From: Catajapyx aquilonaris
Lineage: Eukaryota
Direction: 5' to 3'
Assembly: GCA_000934665.2 (NCBI GenBank)
Contig: KZ538261.1
Coordinates: 1 to 64,000, forward strand
DNA length: 64,000 nt
The notes under the pieces are model-generated. The model had not been told where the DNA came from and did not search any database. It worked only from the letters and a program-made list of their open reading frames with translations. A program made the translations under genes and the position numbers. Below, one piece after another: positions 12,285-23,557 of this stretch (position 1 is the stretch's first letter; every line of letters starts with the position of its first letter).

Positions 12285-13545
12285 GTGAGTGATAATAATT
12301 ATTATCGCACAGGTATGGTGTATACAGTACCGGATTTTCCTTTACCAGTTCATGACTTACGTGTATGCTATCTAATGCAATTTACCCGTAATTGATTAAC
12401 AATATTGCTCATTAATTCAGCTATATTACCCTTGAGTAGGCCTATACATCATAAAATCCCTTGTATGCAGTGAAGCCTTTTGACCTTCAAAATAACCATA
12501 AAGGGATATATTTTATTTAGACACTTGCAAAATAATATTATTAACATGCTCCAGCAATACATTGTTGTGGCTAAAACTCTTACGTACCGGTACAGTAACC
12601 GAGCAATTTTTGAAACGTTCTTTATTGTGTCAGTTTACAGTAGAGCAACTGTTCGAAAAGTTTCAAGATGTTGCTTTTAGCAGACTTCATTTTTTAGGAT
12701 GATATTGTAACAAAAAAAATAATTATAAAGTCCTGCCACAAAACCTACAAGTACGTGGAAATATTTTTAGGCATTTCACGATGACTTCCACTGATAAATC
12801 TCCACATTTTTCATGATTCCGAGTAAAAGTGGGCGGTAGTATTTTTTAGCCTGAAGATTTGGTATCAGTTTATCCTTTCCGGTGAAAATGTTTATTTTTT
12901 TCTAAGACACATTAAAACACTTCCGTAAAAACCTAACAAAATATACTAAACCTTTGGTTTCTTCACTGGTTTCTTTTCAAAATATTAACTGCAGAATAGG
13001 GGAAAAGTGTGCCACTCTGTGAGGTGATTTTTAACTAAAGAGTCCATTAGACAGATTTACATTAGAACCATTCCGATGGCTTTTATTTCAGAAAAATCAT
13101 TCTTAGACGTGTCCCTGAGCGTGGGGCATTACATTTTCAGATCCATAATTAGGTTCTACCTAATGGATCAATATGAATAATTAACAGCCGGTGCTAAGTC
13201 ACACGGTAATGTGGAAGATAATAATGAACACAGGGAGTGATTAATTAATGAATAAGTAAGTTGTTTTCCTAATGGAGATCATCGAATGTCCGACCAGAAG
13301 AAGTCACGTATTTATATTTGTTAATCCACGTAAAATATAATTATTACGTTGTAGTGCTGCAGCATTCTTCACTTGAACTGCAACTACTGTAACTACATCT
13401 TATAATGGGACTTACCTGTAGTTACATTACGTAAGTAGCTAGTAATGGGGCATGTAACTGAATTTTACAGTTACTTATATGACCTCTGATATATAGTTCC
13501 AGTGTCATATTCTTGTTTCAGGTTTTTATATTAAAATCTCAAAAT

Positions 13546-16500
13546 ATGCACAGTACTGGTAAACGTGAGAATAGTAATCCTTACATTACCTGGAATAAGA
13601 ACAACACGAATCATAATCCCACGTATCGATTGAGCAGAGATCATCAATTGTCATCTACAAATAATCATGTAATGCACCAGCAACAAACTAATGAAAGAAG
13701 ACTTACTTCTGAATTTGTCATCATGTGCGCCAAGGATTACTGCGACAATACATCACTCCACGGATTCAAGTACATTACCGAGAATGATAACTTCAAAACC
13801 GAGAGGTAATGTTCACTGATGACCATGAACCTACAGCATTACATTAACCGTCTCTTGATTTCAGAGTACTTTGGATATTATTCTGCATATGTGCCACAAT
13901 AGGAACATGCCTGTATCTGCAGCCAATATTTTCTAAATATCTGGACACGCCAATGGCAACCACCATTGATTCAGTGGGGGAACCAATATGGAAAGTGCCG
14001 TTTCCAGGAGTAACCATATGTAATGTGAACAAAGCCATGAAATCACTTGTTGATCGTATTCCAAATACAGAGAGGTGAAGTATCTCCAGGCTCCACAAGC
14101 AATTAGATACGAAAACCACTATATACATTACAGTATGTTGCTCTTCATCAGGTGGAAGAAATACCCTGCAGCTGTTTTGCGAAGTCTCATCAAATATTTG
14201 GCTAAGATTGGTCACGTCCAGGCAAATCGCGCGTCATTAGACGTGCCTCTGGAGGACTTCGAGGCGCTGATTGAAGAAGAAATTAAAGTAGGAGGTCTGC
14301 ATGAACTGATGCAAGGGGTAAGGAGAAAACAAATGTGAATTGTACTAAATGAATGAGCTATTTTTCTACGCAGGCCGTGATAACTGATTTTTAACAATTT
14401 TCAGGTGATGCAACCGCTAGATCGAATGGTTCTCAAATGTTGGTGGATTAGTCAGCTAGTGAATTGCTCAAAATTTTTTGAAATAAAACACACTGACACG
14501 GGATTTTGCTGGGGATTCAATTCTGTGTCCATGAAACTTGTTGGTGATAAGTAAGTTGGTACTGCCCTCCAGTAACTCTCTCTCTGACAATTAATTAAGG
14601 TGCATCTCAGTATTTACTGTATATACATAAACGCCATGTGATTTAGAATTATTTAGCTCTCTTCCATTTGAGTGAAGGTCCTTCGCATGACACTTATCTT
14701 AAAATTGGCGTCCCGGATCACATGTGTGGCTACTCTGTACTGTTCGTAAGGAAAGAGATGCGAATTTAAGGATTTTAAATGATTTGCTCTTAAAAAATAA
14801 TAGTGTACTAATAAGTTATATAACTTACATGAAAACCATTTTCAGGCGGCACGATGACTTTCAACCCGTAAGAGTAAGTGGAGCTGGGCCAAATATTGGG
14901 TTAACCGTGCTGTTGAATCCGGAGGTGGAGGAATACTTCTCATTCTCAAATAATATTAAAGGATTCAGGGTAATGATTATTTTGAAAATTTATACGACAT
15001 GGCAACATTACCGTAGTGTAACATAATAGCCGAATTTCTGCATAATACCATTCGTTTTTTTGCTTGAAAGCTACTGTATATATGAAACAGTATTGATATA
15101 TGAGAAGGGGTGAAAATGATTTCTCAAATGAATGAAACATTGGTTAAATTTTCTGGAATACGGAAATAACTAGATGATAATTTTAAAATTATATACACAG
15201 GTGCGGATTCATCACCCAATGAATTTCCCCAACGTCGCCACCAAGTCCTTCTTACTTGAGGCAGGAAAAGAGGTGTACGTGGCAGTAACTCCAATAACCA
15301 CAAAGAGCACAGTAAACGTTCGCAACACACCGATGTCGAAGCGTCGCTGTCGGTTTGAGGACGAGAAAGAATTGAGCTACTTTCCGTCATACAGTTATAT
15401 GAACTGCCGTTTGGAATGTGTCGTGGATTCCATGAGAGACACGTGTGGTTGTGTGCCTTACATGTACTCGAATTTGAGTAAGTACCGTAATATTTCGCTA
15501 GAGCGAAAGTGTGTAGATAGTTTGAACAAAAAGGCACAGATGCAGTAGCCATAACACTGATATTGTGCGGTAGACTCTTTACATACTGCACAACACACAA
15601 TAATTCAAAATGTTTAATTTTTTCCGTGTGTGTCCTTCTGCTCAAATGCTGTACACTTGTCATCCAATCTAGTGCATTATTTCATGAAGAATTTTTACCT
15701 TGCAGAGAACCACAAACTTTGTAATTATACAGGGATTCAGTGCATCAACAATCACACCAGTATGTGTTAATTTATTATGTTGTGCTGTTCAGTACGTTCA
15801 CCCTTCCAGTTACCTAACATGTACTGTTTCTGTTCCCAATGCAGCCAAGTTTTTAACAGTGGCTCCTGATTCGGATGTGAATGGATTGGACAAGATGAAA
15901 TCTATGGAAAAATGTCATTGCCCTTCGAGTTGCACGGCAGTGATCTACAATGACCAAATGAGCCAGGCCTCGTTTCCGGAATTTCCTGAACAACTCACAG
16001 TGATTGATGACAATATCAATAAGTACTTTCCTTAATAGTTTCTTGAGAGGGACGATTTCAATATAATTATTGATACTGACATTTTTCAGAAGAAACTTAG
16101 TTCTCCTTCGAGTGTTCTTCAAATCGGAAACATTCGTACAGTACCAGCGGGATGTGATGTACACTGTCAATGACTTAATCGGTAAGAATGTACTTTAAGA
16201 ACAACACAATAAGAATTTATTTTGGAGCAATTAAAATTCACCTTTACGGAGCCTCACCATGTGTCTATAAAACTAGTTTATAAATGAAGATAATTATGGT
16301 CACTTATTTGTGATGAAATATTTCTGCTCTCCTAACATCATATAGAATAAGACGTTAGATCATTATAATATAAGTTCAAATGACTCTCCTTGCACATTTT
16401 CAGCATCTTTTGGCGGAATTGCCGGCCTGTTCATTGGATTCAGTTTTGTGAGCATTGGCGAGCTGATTTACTTCTTCACTGTTCGACCATTTCTTCGATG

Positions 16501-16570
16501 GAAGAGGCGCTCGCGGGAGATAAATAATGTCCGACCCATACGGCCAGTATACCCAACAATAATGCCATGA
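13546..16570 (+). CDS. DEG/ENaC (pickpocket-like) sodium channel subunit, copy 3; 10 coding exons, 557 aa
   Basis: Exons 13546-13805, 13865-14074, 14152-14317, 14405-14550, 14846-14969, 15201-15477, 15706-15759, 15845-16022, 16090-16181, 16404-16570; 1674 nt in frame, all GT-AG. Motifs YCDNTSLHG, FPGVTICNVN, CRLEC..CGCVPY, ASFGGIAGLFIGFS. Confidence 0.92.
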
Positions 16571-16779
16571 GAATGCTGGAGTGAACAACGCCCTTCTTAG
16601 AACACAGTGATATTTAATTAAATACTCACATGCAATGGCGATTTGTGCCTGGTATAGTGCTTCAGATTTGTGGACACGAGTGTCTGAAGCTGTGATATGA
16701 ATTATCTAGTCTAGTGAATGTCATGGAAAACGTGGGAGCTCCTTAAAACTGTATGTACCTGTTTTAAGCCATTTAAATT

Positions 16780-16785
16780 AATAAA
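16780..16785 (+). terminator. Candidate polyadenylation signal, copy 3
   Basis: AATAAA, also present at the paralogous position downstream of copy 4 (21812-21817). Confidence 0.5.
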
Positions 16786-16990
16786 AATCATTATTGTGCC
16801 AGTTGCAAAGTTATGTCATGTATCCAACCAATGAATAGTGCCCACGGGAATACTTAAACGAAATATACTCATCGCGTGTAAATGAGTCTTCTCAGTATAT
16901 GCCAGGATTCGATGATGCAAGACATTGCATCATGACCACGCGACGTGAACAAACAAACGACTTACATACGGGACACCTGCTGTATTTATA

Positions 16991-17043
16991 TCAGTTGACA
17001 GAACCAACCAGTACGGAGACAGACTCAAGGAGAACAATCAAAG
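16991..17043 (+). promoter_or_regulatory. Putative initiator and non-coding first exon of copy 4
   Basis: TCAGTT at 16991-16996, donor AAG|GTAAGT after 17043, acceptor tttcag at 18525-18526. Confidence 0.5.
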
Positions 17044-18550
17044 GTAAGTGAAAAAGTGCAAGAATAGTTTGCAGTTACCAGATCATCATTTACAGTATGT
17101 CCATCCTAATGCAGTTTGCCAGTAATTGATTATTATTAATATTGCGGAATAAACCAGATGCAGGCTATACTCCTGCTGCCTTACAAAGCACAAAACATTA
17201 TTTGCCTCAAGTCAGTTCATCTGTTGGTCCAAGTACCATAACACAATAGACTTATTTAGACATCTGCACAGCAATTACGAACGTGCTCCCAAAACACTTA
17301 TAATGTATATCCTGATAAAACATCAGTGTTTGATTGTCTTTCTCCTTTTTACTGCATCCTTCCTATTTGAAATAATGACTTTTCGGAAATAATTAGTCCG
17401 TTGATTTTCTGTAACAGAACTTCCATTATAAAGGCAAGTCTTAACCCTTCAATCAAGTTGATAATTATTTTCCTCGAAATAACAGTAGTATTTTTATTGA
17501 AAAATTATTATAGTCCCATTATTAATAAATTATTCTATAAATAGCAAGTTTCCGTTATTTTTCTTGCAAAATGTTATTGCATAACAATATTATAATATAC
17601 ATTATACCGTGGCATTAACGATAATGCAATTTTATTGCACAGTAATATCAATTCACAACATGACTATCGCGATTAATTCTGTGAAATTCCATTGCGACCC
17701 TTTGTATGACGTTTACCACCGCATTATTTATCAAATGTTTGGTATCATCACATTAGTCAGGTTCAAATAACTTATGATTTTTTTTTGTTAGCGGTATTAT
17801 TTTGGAGACAATTTTGCGAATTGTATTATTTTTCCCCAGATGTCCTTGACTGCTGGAAACTGTTTACTCTGCATCTAATGGATTGACATGATTCTACAGT
17901 CACCCGATCATGACTGTGTGTAGGTGAACCAAGAAAAGACTGCAGGGATTAGGTGGGCTTTTCCAACTTTTCTGCCCGCCTACATATGTTTACCACACGG
18001 ACTAGTGCCCGATTACACCAACTGAAATTACCGATTCGATAGCCCCTATAACGGATCGGTCGGAGCCCTTGTTGCGCCAACAATAGGTGTTGCACTAACC
18101 GAACAGATAAGAGTTGCAGGGGGAATATTTGGCCCGACAAGAACTTATATAATATATACAGAGGGCTTTACGGAGGTACGATACTACCCCAGGGTGAGCG
18201 TGTGGGACGAACGTGAGGGACGCAATTATTATAGGCTCTTTGCAAAGAGTGCAAAAGGTATTGTGCATGCTAGAGTGAATAAAACATCAAGTTCCAATGT
18301 CCTTGGGTTTTACTGTACTCATGATCATCCGGGATAATTACTGCACGGATGTTGCCGTCACAACATACTAAAGCACATGTAATTCTGGCAAAATAATGTT
18401 TCCAATAATTACTCCTACATTATACGTAAGTACTGTATTACACGGTGGATGTCACTATAATATTTTAATTAGTGGCTTTCTTTGACTGAGAGTTACAGCT
18501 ACTTATAAGTAATACGTATGTTTCAGGTTTAAGTGTCACATGCTAAAAAT

Positions 18551-21189
18551 ATGAACAGTATTCGTGAAAGTGGTAATCCTTACATGACGTGGAATAAGAA
18601 CAACATAAACAACAAGACCACGTATTCGTGGAGAAGAGATCTTGAATGGTCAGCCACAAATCATAATGTGACGCACCAGAAGCAGCAACCCAGTGAACGA
18701 AGATTCACCTCATCTGAATTTGTCATCATGTGCGCTAAGGATTATTGCGACAATACATTACTGCACGGATTCAAGTACATCACAGAAAATGACAACCTCA
18801 AAATTGAGAGGTAATGGTTCATCTAATATCATAAACTACTCTACATCACATTAACTTACTCTTGATTGCAGAATACTCTGGATATTATTCTGTATATGTG
18901 CCACAATAGGAACATGCCTGTTTCTGCAGCCAATATTTTCCAAATATCTGGACACGCCAATAGCAACCAGCATTGAATCAGTGGGGGAACCAATATGGAG
19001 AGTACCATTTCCAGGAATAACCATCTGCAACGTGAACAAGGCCATGAAATCAATCGTTGAGAGTATTCATACTACAGAGAGGTATTTTCAGGGTCCTCAA
19101 GCAATCATACATTGGAATACTAACTATTTACTCGTTGCTATTTTGCAGGTGGAATAAATATTCTCCAGCTATGTTGAGTAATCTCATCAAATATTTGGCT
19201 AAAATTGGTCACATCCAGGCAAATCGCGCGTCGTTAGACGTTCCTCTGAAGGAGTTCGAGGCAGTGATTGATGAAGAATCTAAAGTCGGAGGCCTGAGTC
19301 AACTGATGAAAGATGTAAGGAGAGCAGAAGCAGTCAATTATCATCATGAAACCCCTATAATTATCTGGATATGAATACGCTGTATTATGTTGTGTATGTT
19401 GCTGTCTTGTAAGAACGCAGGTAACTGTGAATACTGTATACCGGATGATCTTATGTCTTACAGGTAATGCAACCCATACATCGCGTGGCTCTAAAGTGTT
19501 GGTGGATTAGTCAGCTGGTGAACTGCTCAGAAATTTTGAAAATAAAACGCACTGACGCAGGATTTTGCTGGGGATTCAACTCTGTGTCCTTGAAACTAGT
19601 TAATGACAGGTGAGGGATATGCTCGCCAATTACTGACAATAAATTACTGATGTATTGAAAATCTGGTTATATATAATTTATTATATGCCAAATATTTTTA
19701 GTGGACATGACAACTTTAAACCCATAAGAGTAAGCGGAGCTGGGACATATATTGGGCTTACAATGCTGTTGAATCCGGAGGTGGAGGAATATTTCTCCTT
19801 CACAAACAATATAAAAGGATTCAAGGTAACATAAATATTGTCAGAATTTACGGCTTAGCCACTACACTTTCGTTGCATGAGGTTCAGAGTTAATGTGAAA
19901 ATTTTAAAATATAATATTACACATAGGTGAGGATAAATCACCCTATGAATTCCCCCAGCATTGCAACCAAGTCCTTCTTACTAGAGGCAGGAAAAGAGGT
20001 TTATGCGTCAGTAACTCCACACACCGTCCATAGCACGCCAAACATTCGAGACACACCGACGTCCAATCGTCGCTGTCGGTTCGAGGACGAGATAGAATTG
20101 AGTTACTTTCCGTCATACAGTTACGAAAACTGTCGTTTGGAATGTGTCGTGCATTCCATGATCGACACGTGTGGATGTGTACCTTACATGTACTCGAATT
20201 TGGGTGAGTCCTTTCTCTTGATGCTCTACATATAACTAACCGTACAATAGTTATGTACTGCGCGCCAATGCATCATTTCATCGCTAACTTTTTTACCTTG
20301 CAGAGAACCACAAACTCTGCAATTATACGGGGATTCAGTGCATCAACAATCACACTAGTGAGTATTATTAAATACTACGCGTGTACCGGCATTAATTAAG
20401 TACGTTCAGCACCTCCTAGCATCTAACATGCATGGTTGTGTTCCCAATGCAGCAAAATTTTCATCAGTGGCTCCTGATTATCATGTGGACGGATTGGCCA
20501 AGATGATATCTATGGAAACATGTCATTGCCCTTCGAGTTGCACTGCAGTGATCTACAATGTCGAAAGGAGCCAGGCCTCGTTTCCGGAATTTCCCGAACA
20601 ACTCACAATGGTTGACGACAATATCAATAAGTAGGCCTATACTTATACGTGTATTAATAGTAACTTGAGATGCATGATTTCAATATAATTATTGATGTAT
20701 ACTGACATTTCAGAAGAAATTTAGTTCTCCTTCGAGTGTTCTTCAAATCGGAAACATTCGTACAGTACCAGCGGGATGTGATGTACACTGTCAATGACTT
20801 CATCGGTAAGAATGTATCTACTACGTCTTGTACTGTAAGAACAACATAATAATAATTTAACTTTACGGAGCCTCACCATTATTCTGTCTATAAGACTAGT
20901 TCATAATGTTCACTTATTTGTGATGAAATATTTTTGCTCTCCAATCATCATATAGAATAAGGTGTTACATCATTACATAATATTAGCCTATTTGAAATTT
21001 GACTCTCATTGTACATTTTCAGCATCTTTTGGCGGAATTGTCGGCCTGTTCATTGGATTCAGTTTTGTGAGCGTTGCCGAGATGATTTACTTCTTCACTG
21101 TTCGACCATTTCTTCGATGGAAGAGGCGCTCGCGGGAGATGAACAATGTCCGACCCATATACGGCCAGTACCCAATATTAATGCCCTGA
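18551..21189 (+). CDS. DEG/ENaC (pickpocket-like) sodium channel subunit, copy 4; 10 coding exons, 557 aa; probable chimera
   Basis: Exons 18551-18810, 18872-19081, 19149-19314, 19464-19609, 19702-19825, 19927-20203, 20304-20357, 20453-20630, 20714-20805, 21023-21189; 1674 nt in frame, all GT-AG. Motifs YCDNTLLHG, FPGITICNVN, ASFGGIVGLFIGFS. Confidence 0.9.
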
Positions 21190-21232
21190 GAATGCTTGAA
21201 TGAGCAACGCCCTTCTTAACACACAGTGGTAT

Positions 21233-21637
21233 TGTCACACTCCTGTACCTCCGGATCTCATAAGGATCCCCCTCAATGATCACACGGCATGTTTTGCCGC
21301 TTTCTCATTTAATTATAAACACACTAATGTATACATAACACTCTTATACGCTACACATTCCGATCCTTTCTGTCTGGAGGTCCTGGCTTCGGTCCATCCG
21401 GACCCTCAGCTTCCCTGGCTTCTGCTTCTTCTTGTTCTGTTGCTACCAGACCTCAGACCATCCTCTGCTAGTCAGTCTCTCCCGTCCTCTCTGCATCCTT
21501 CCCTTTTAATACTGTTTCTCTGACTCAGTATGGGATTTCCGCCGAATTCTTCCCCAAAGGCGCGTGCCTACGACATCCTGGCTTATGCAACGTATGTGTC
21601 ACTTATTTTGATGTGCCACTTACGTTGACGTGTGACA
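21233..21637 (-). mobile_element. Solo LTR (405 bp; 4-bp TSD, Ty3/gypsy-like) in the 3' UTR region of copy 4
   Basis: Ends TGTCACAC...GTGTGACA (perfect 8-bp inverted termini, TG..CA), flanked by GTAT at 21229-21232 and 21638-21641; absent at the paralogous site after copy 3. Strand inferred from minus-strand TATTAAAA and ATTAAA. Confidence 0.85.
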
Positions 21638-22030
21638 GTATTTCATTAAATACTTACATAATTATGCAATCACTATTTGTGCCTGGTAGTGCTTCAGATT
21701 TGTGGACACGAGTGTCTGAAGCAGTAATATGAACTCTTTTGTCTTGTAAATGTTATGGAAAACGTGGGAGCTCCTTAAATCTATATGTGCCAGTTTTATG
21801 TCATTTAAATTAATAAAACTCATTATTGTGCCAGTCGCAACCATCTCAATTTTAGTGCTGTCATGTTTCTACCCAATGAATAATTCCCGCGAGAATACGT
21901 AAACAAAATATAGCCTATTCATCGCGTGTAAATGAGTTTTCTCAGTATGCCAAAATTCGATGTTGCAAGACATTGTTTCTTGACGACGCGACGCGACGTG
22001 AACAAATACAGGACCCCTGCTGTATTTATA

Positions 22031-22083
22031 TCAGTTGACAGAACCAACCAGTACTGAGACACACTCAAGGAGAGCAATCAAAG
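22031..22083 (+). promoter_or_regulatory. Putative initiator and non-coding first exon of copy 5
   Basis: TCAGTT at 22031-22036, donor AAG|GTAAGT after 22083, acceptor tttcag at 23532-23533. Confidence 0.5.
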
Positions 22084-22937
22084 GTAAGTTAAAAAGTGCA
22101 AGAATAGTTTGGAGTATCAAATATTTCTTTATACCAGATCATCATTTACAGTATGTCCATGCTAATGCAGTTTACCAGTCATTGATTATTATTAATATTG
22201 CGGAATAAACCAGATGCAGGCTATACTCCTGCTGCCTTACACAGCACAAAACATTAGCCTCTAGTCAGTTCATCTGGTGGTCCAAGTACATGACCATCAA
22301 ACAATCCACTTGTTCTAGATATACCTGATGCAGATCAATTACGAACGTGCTGCCAACGAAGCACTTATACTGTATATCCTGATAAAACATCAGTGTTTGA
22401 AATAGTCTTTCACCTAATTAGTTTACTGAGACCTTCCTATTTCAAATAATGACTTTTCGGAAATAATTAGTCGGTTGACCTTCTGTAACAGAACTTCCAT
22501 TATAAAAGCAAGTCTTAAACCTTCAATCAAGTTGATATTTTTCTCGAAATAACAGTGGTCTTTTTATTGAAAAATTATATAGTCTCATTATTAAGAAAAT
22601 ATCAAGCAAGATTCCATTATTTTTGTGCAAAACATTACTATTGCATAACAATATATATTGTACAGTTGAATGGCATTAATTATAATGCAATTTTATTAAA
22701 CTCACAACATGACTATCGCGATTAATTCTGTGAAATTCCATTGTGACGCCTTGTATGATGTTCACCACTGCATTTATCAAATATTTGGTATCATCCCATT
22801 AGTCAGGTTCAAATATGATATTTTGTTGCCGGTATTATTTTGGAGACAATTTCGCGTATTATTGTAATTATTCTTCCGCAGATGTCCTTGACTCTGTAAA
22901 CTATTTTCTCTGCATCTATTCGTTTTACATGATTCTA

Positions 22938-23178
22938 TAAGTGTGGCTTGTGTTGTGCTCCAGTGGTTTCTTTCGTGTCTTTGATTTTGGACTTCGTTTT
23001 CTGTTTGTTTTTATGTTGTAAATAGCTTTTGGACAGGGACTCTGTCTAGGATTTATATAAATAGGCTTGATTGATGAACCGTGTGCCCCGGCCGTATACT
23101 GCTCGACAGCCTGGACTTTGACTGTTGGTTGTCCCCGGGCTGTTAGGCCTGTTAGGCTACGTCAGTCCGTACATTACC
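22938..23178. mobile_element. ~240-bp insertion, possibly a decayed solo LTR, upstream of copy 5
   Basis: Absent from the paralogous spacer (gattctacagtcacccgatc at ~17890); flanked by direct repeat ttcta; internal tttatataaa. Confidence 0.55.
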
Positions 23179-23557
23179 TTCTAAAGTCACGCGATCATGT
23201 GTGTATAACTAACGGTGAGTGAATGTTTCACCATGGAGATCATCGTATATATGACTAGAAGTCACGTAATATAATAAATTATTATCTTCGTCAATGAATC
23301 CAAAATTCAACTTTGTAGTGATGAAACTCCCTTGAATACCTAAATTAAACGTATCGTTACAACCAAGAACATACTAAAGCACTTGTAATTCTGGCAAAAT
23401 AATGTTTTCAACAATTACGCCTAAAAATATTCGTATGTACTGTGTTACAAGGTAGATGTTACTATAATATTTTAATATAGTGGCTTTCTTTGACTTGTGA
23501 GAGTTACAGCTATTTATAAGTTACATATTTCAGGTTTAGGTGTCACATGCTAGAAAT

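Larger units (their letters stand above)
16571..17920 (+). repeat. Duplicated intergenic spacer, paralogous to ~21190-21232 plus 21642-23200
   Basis: Long colinear matches, e.g. gtgcctggta..gtgcttcagatttgtggacacgagtgtctgaagc, tgtatttatatcagttgacagaaccaaccagtac, cacaacatgactatcgcgattaattctgtgaaattcc. Confidence 0.9.

Noticed and set aside
15124..15663. Antisense ORFs over the channel exons (also 24901-25314 and 13844-14215)
   Set aside because: Shadows of the + strand coding exons; they recur only because the sense genes are paralogous.
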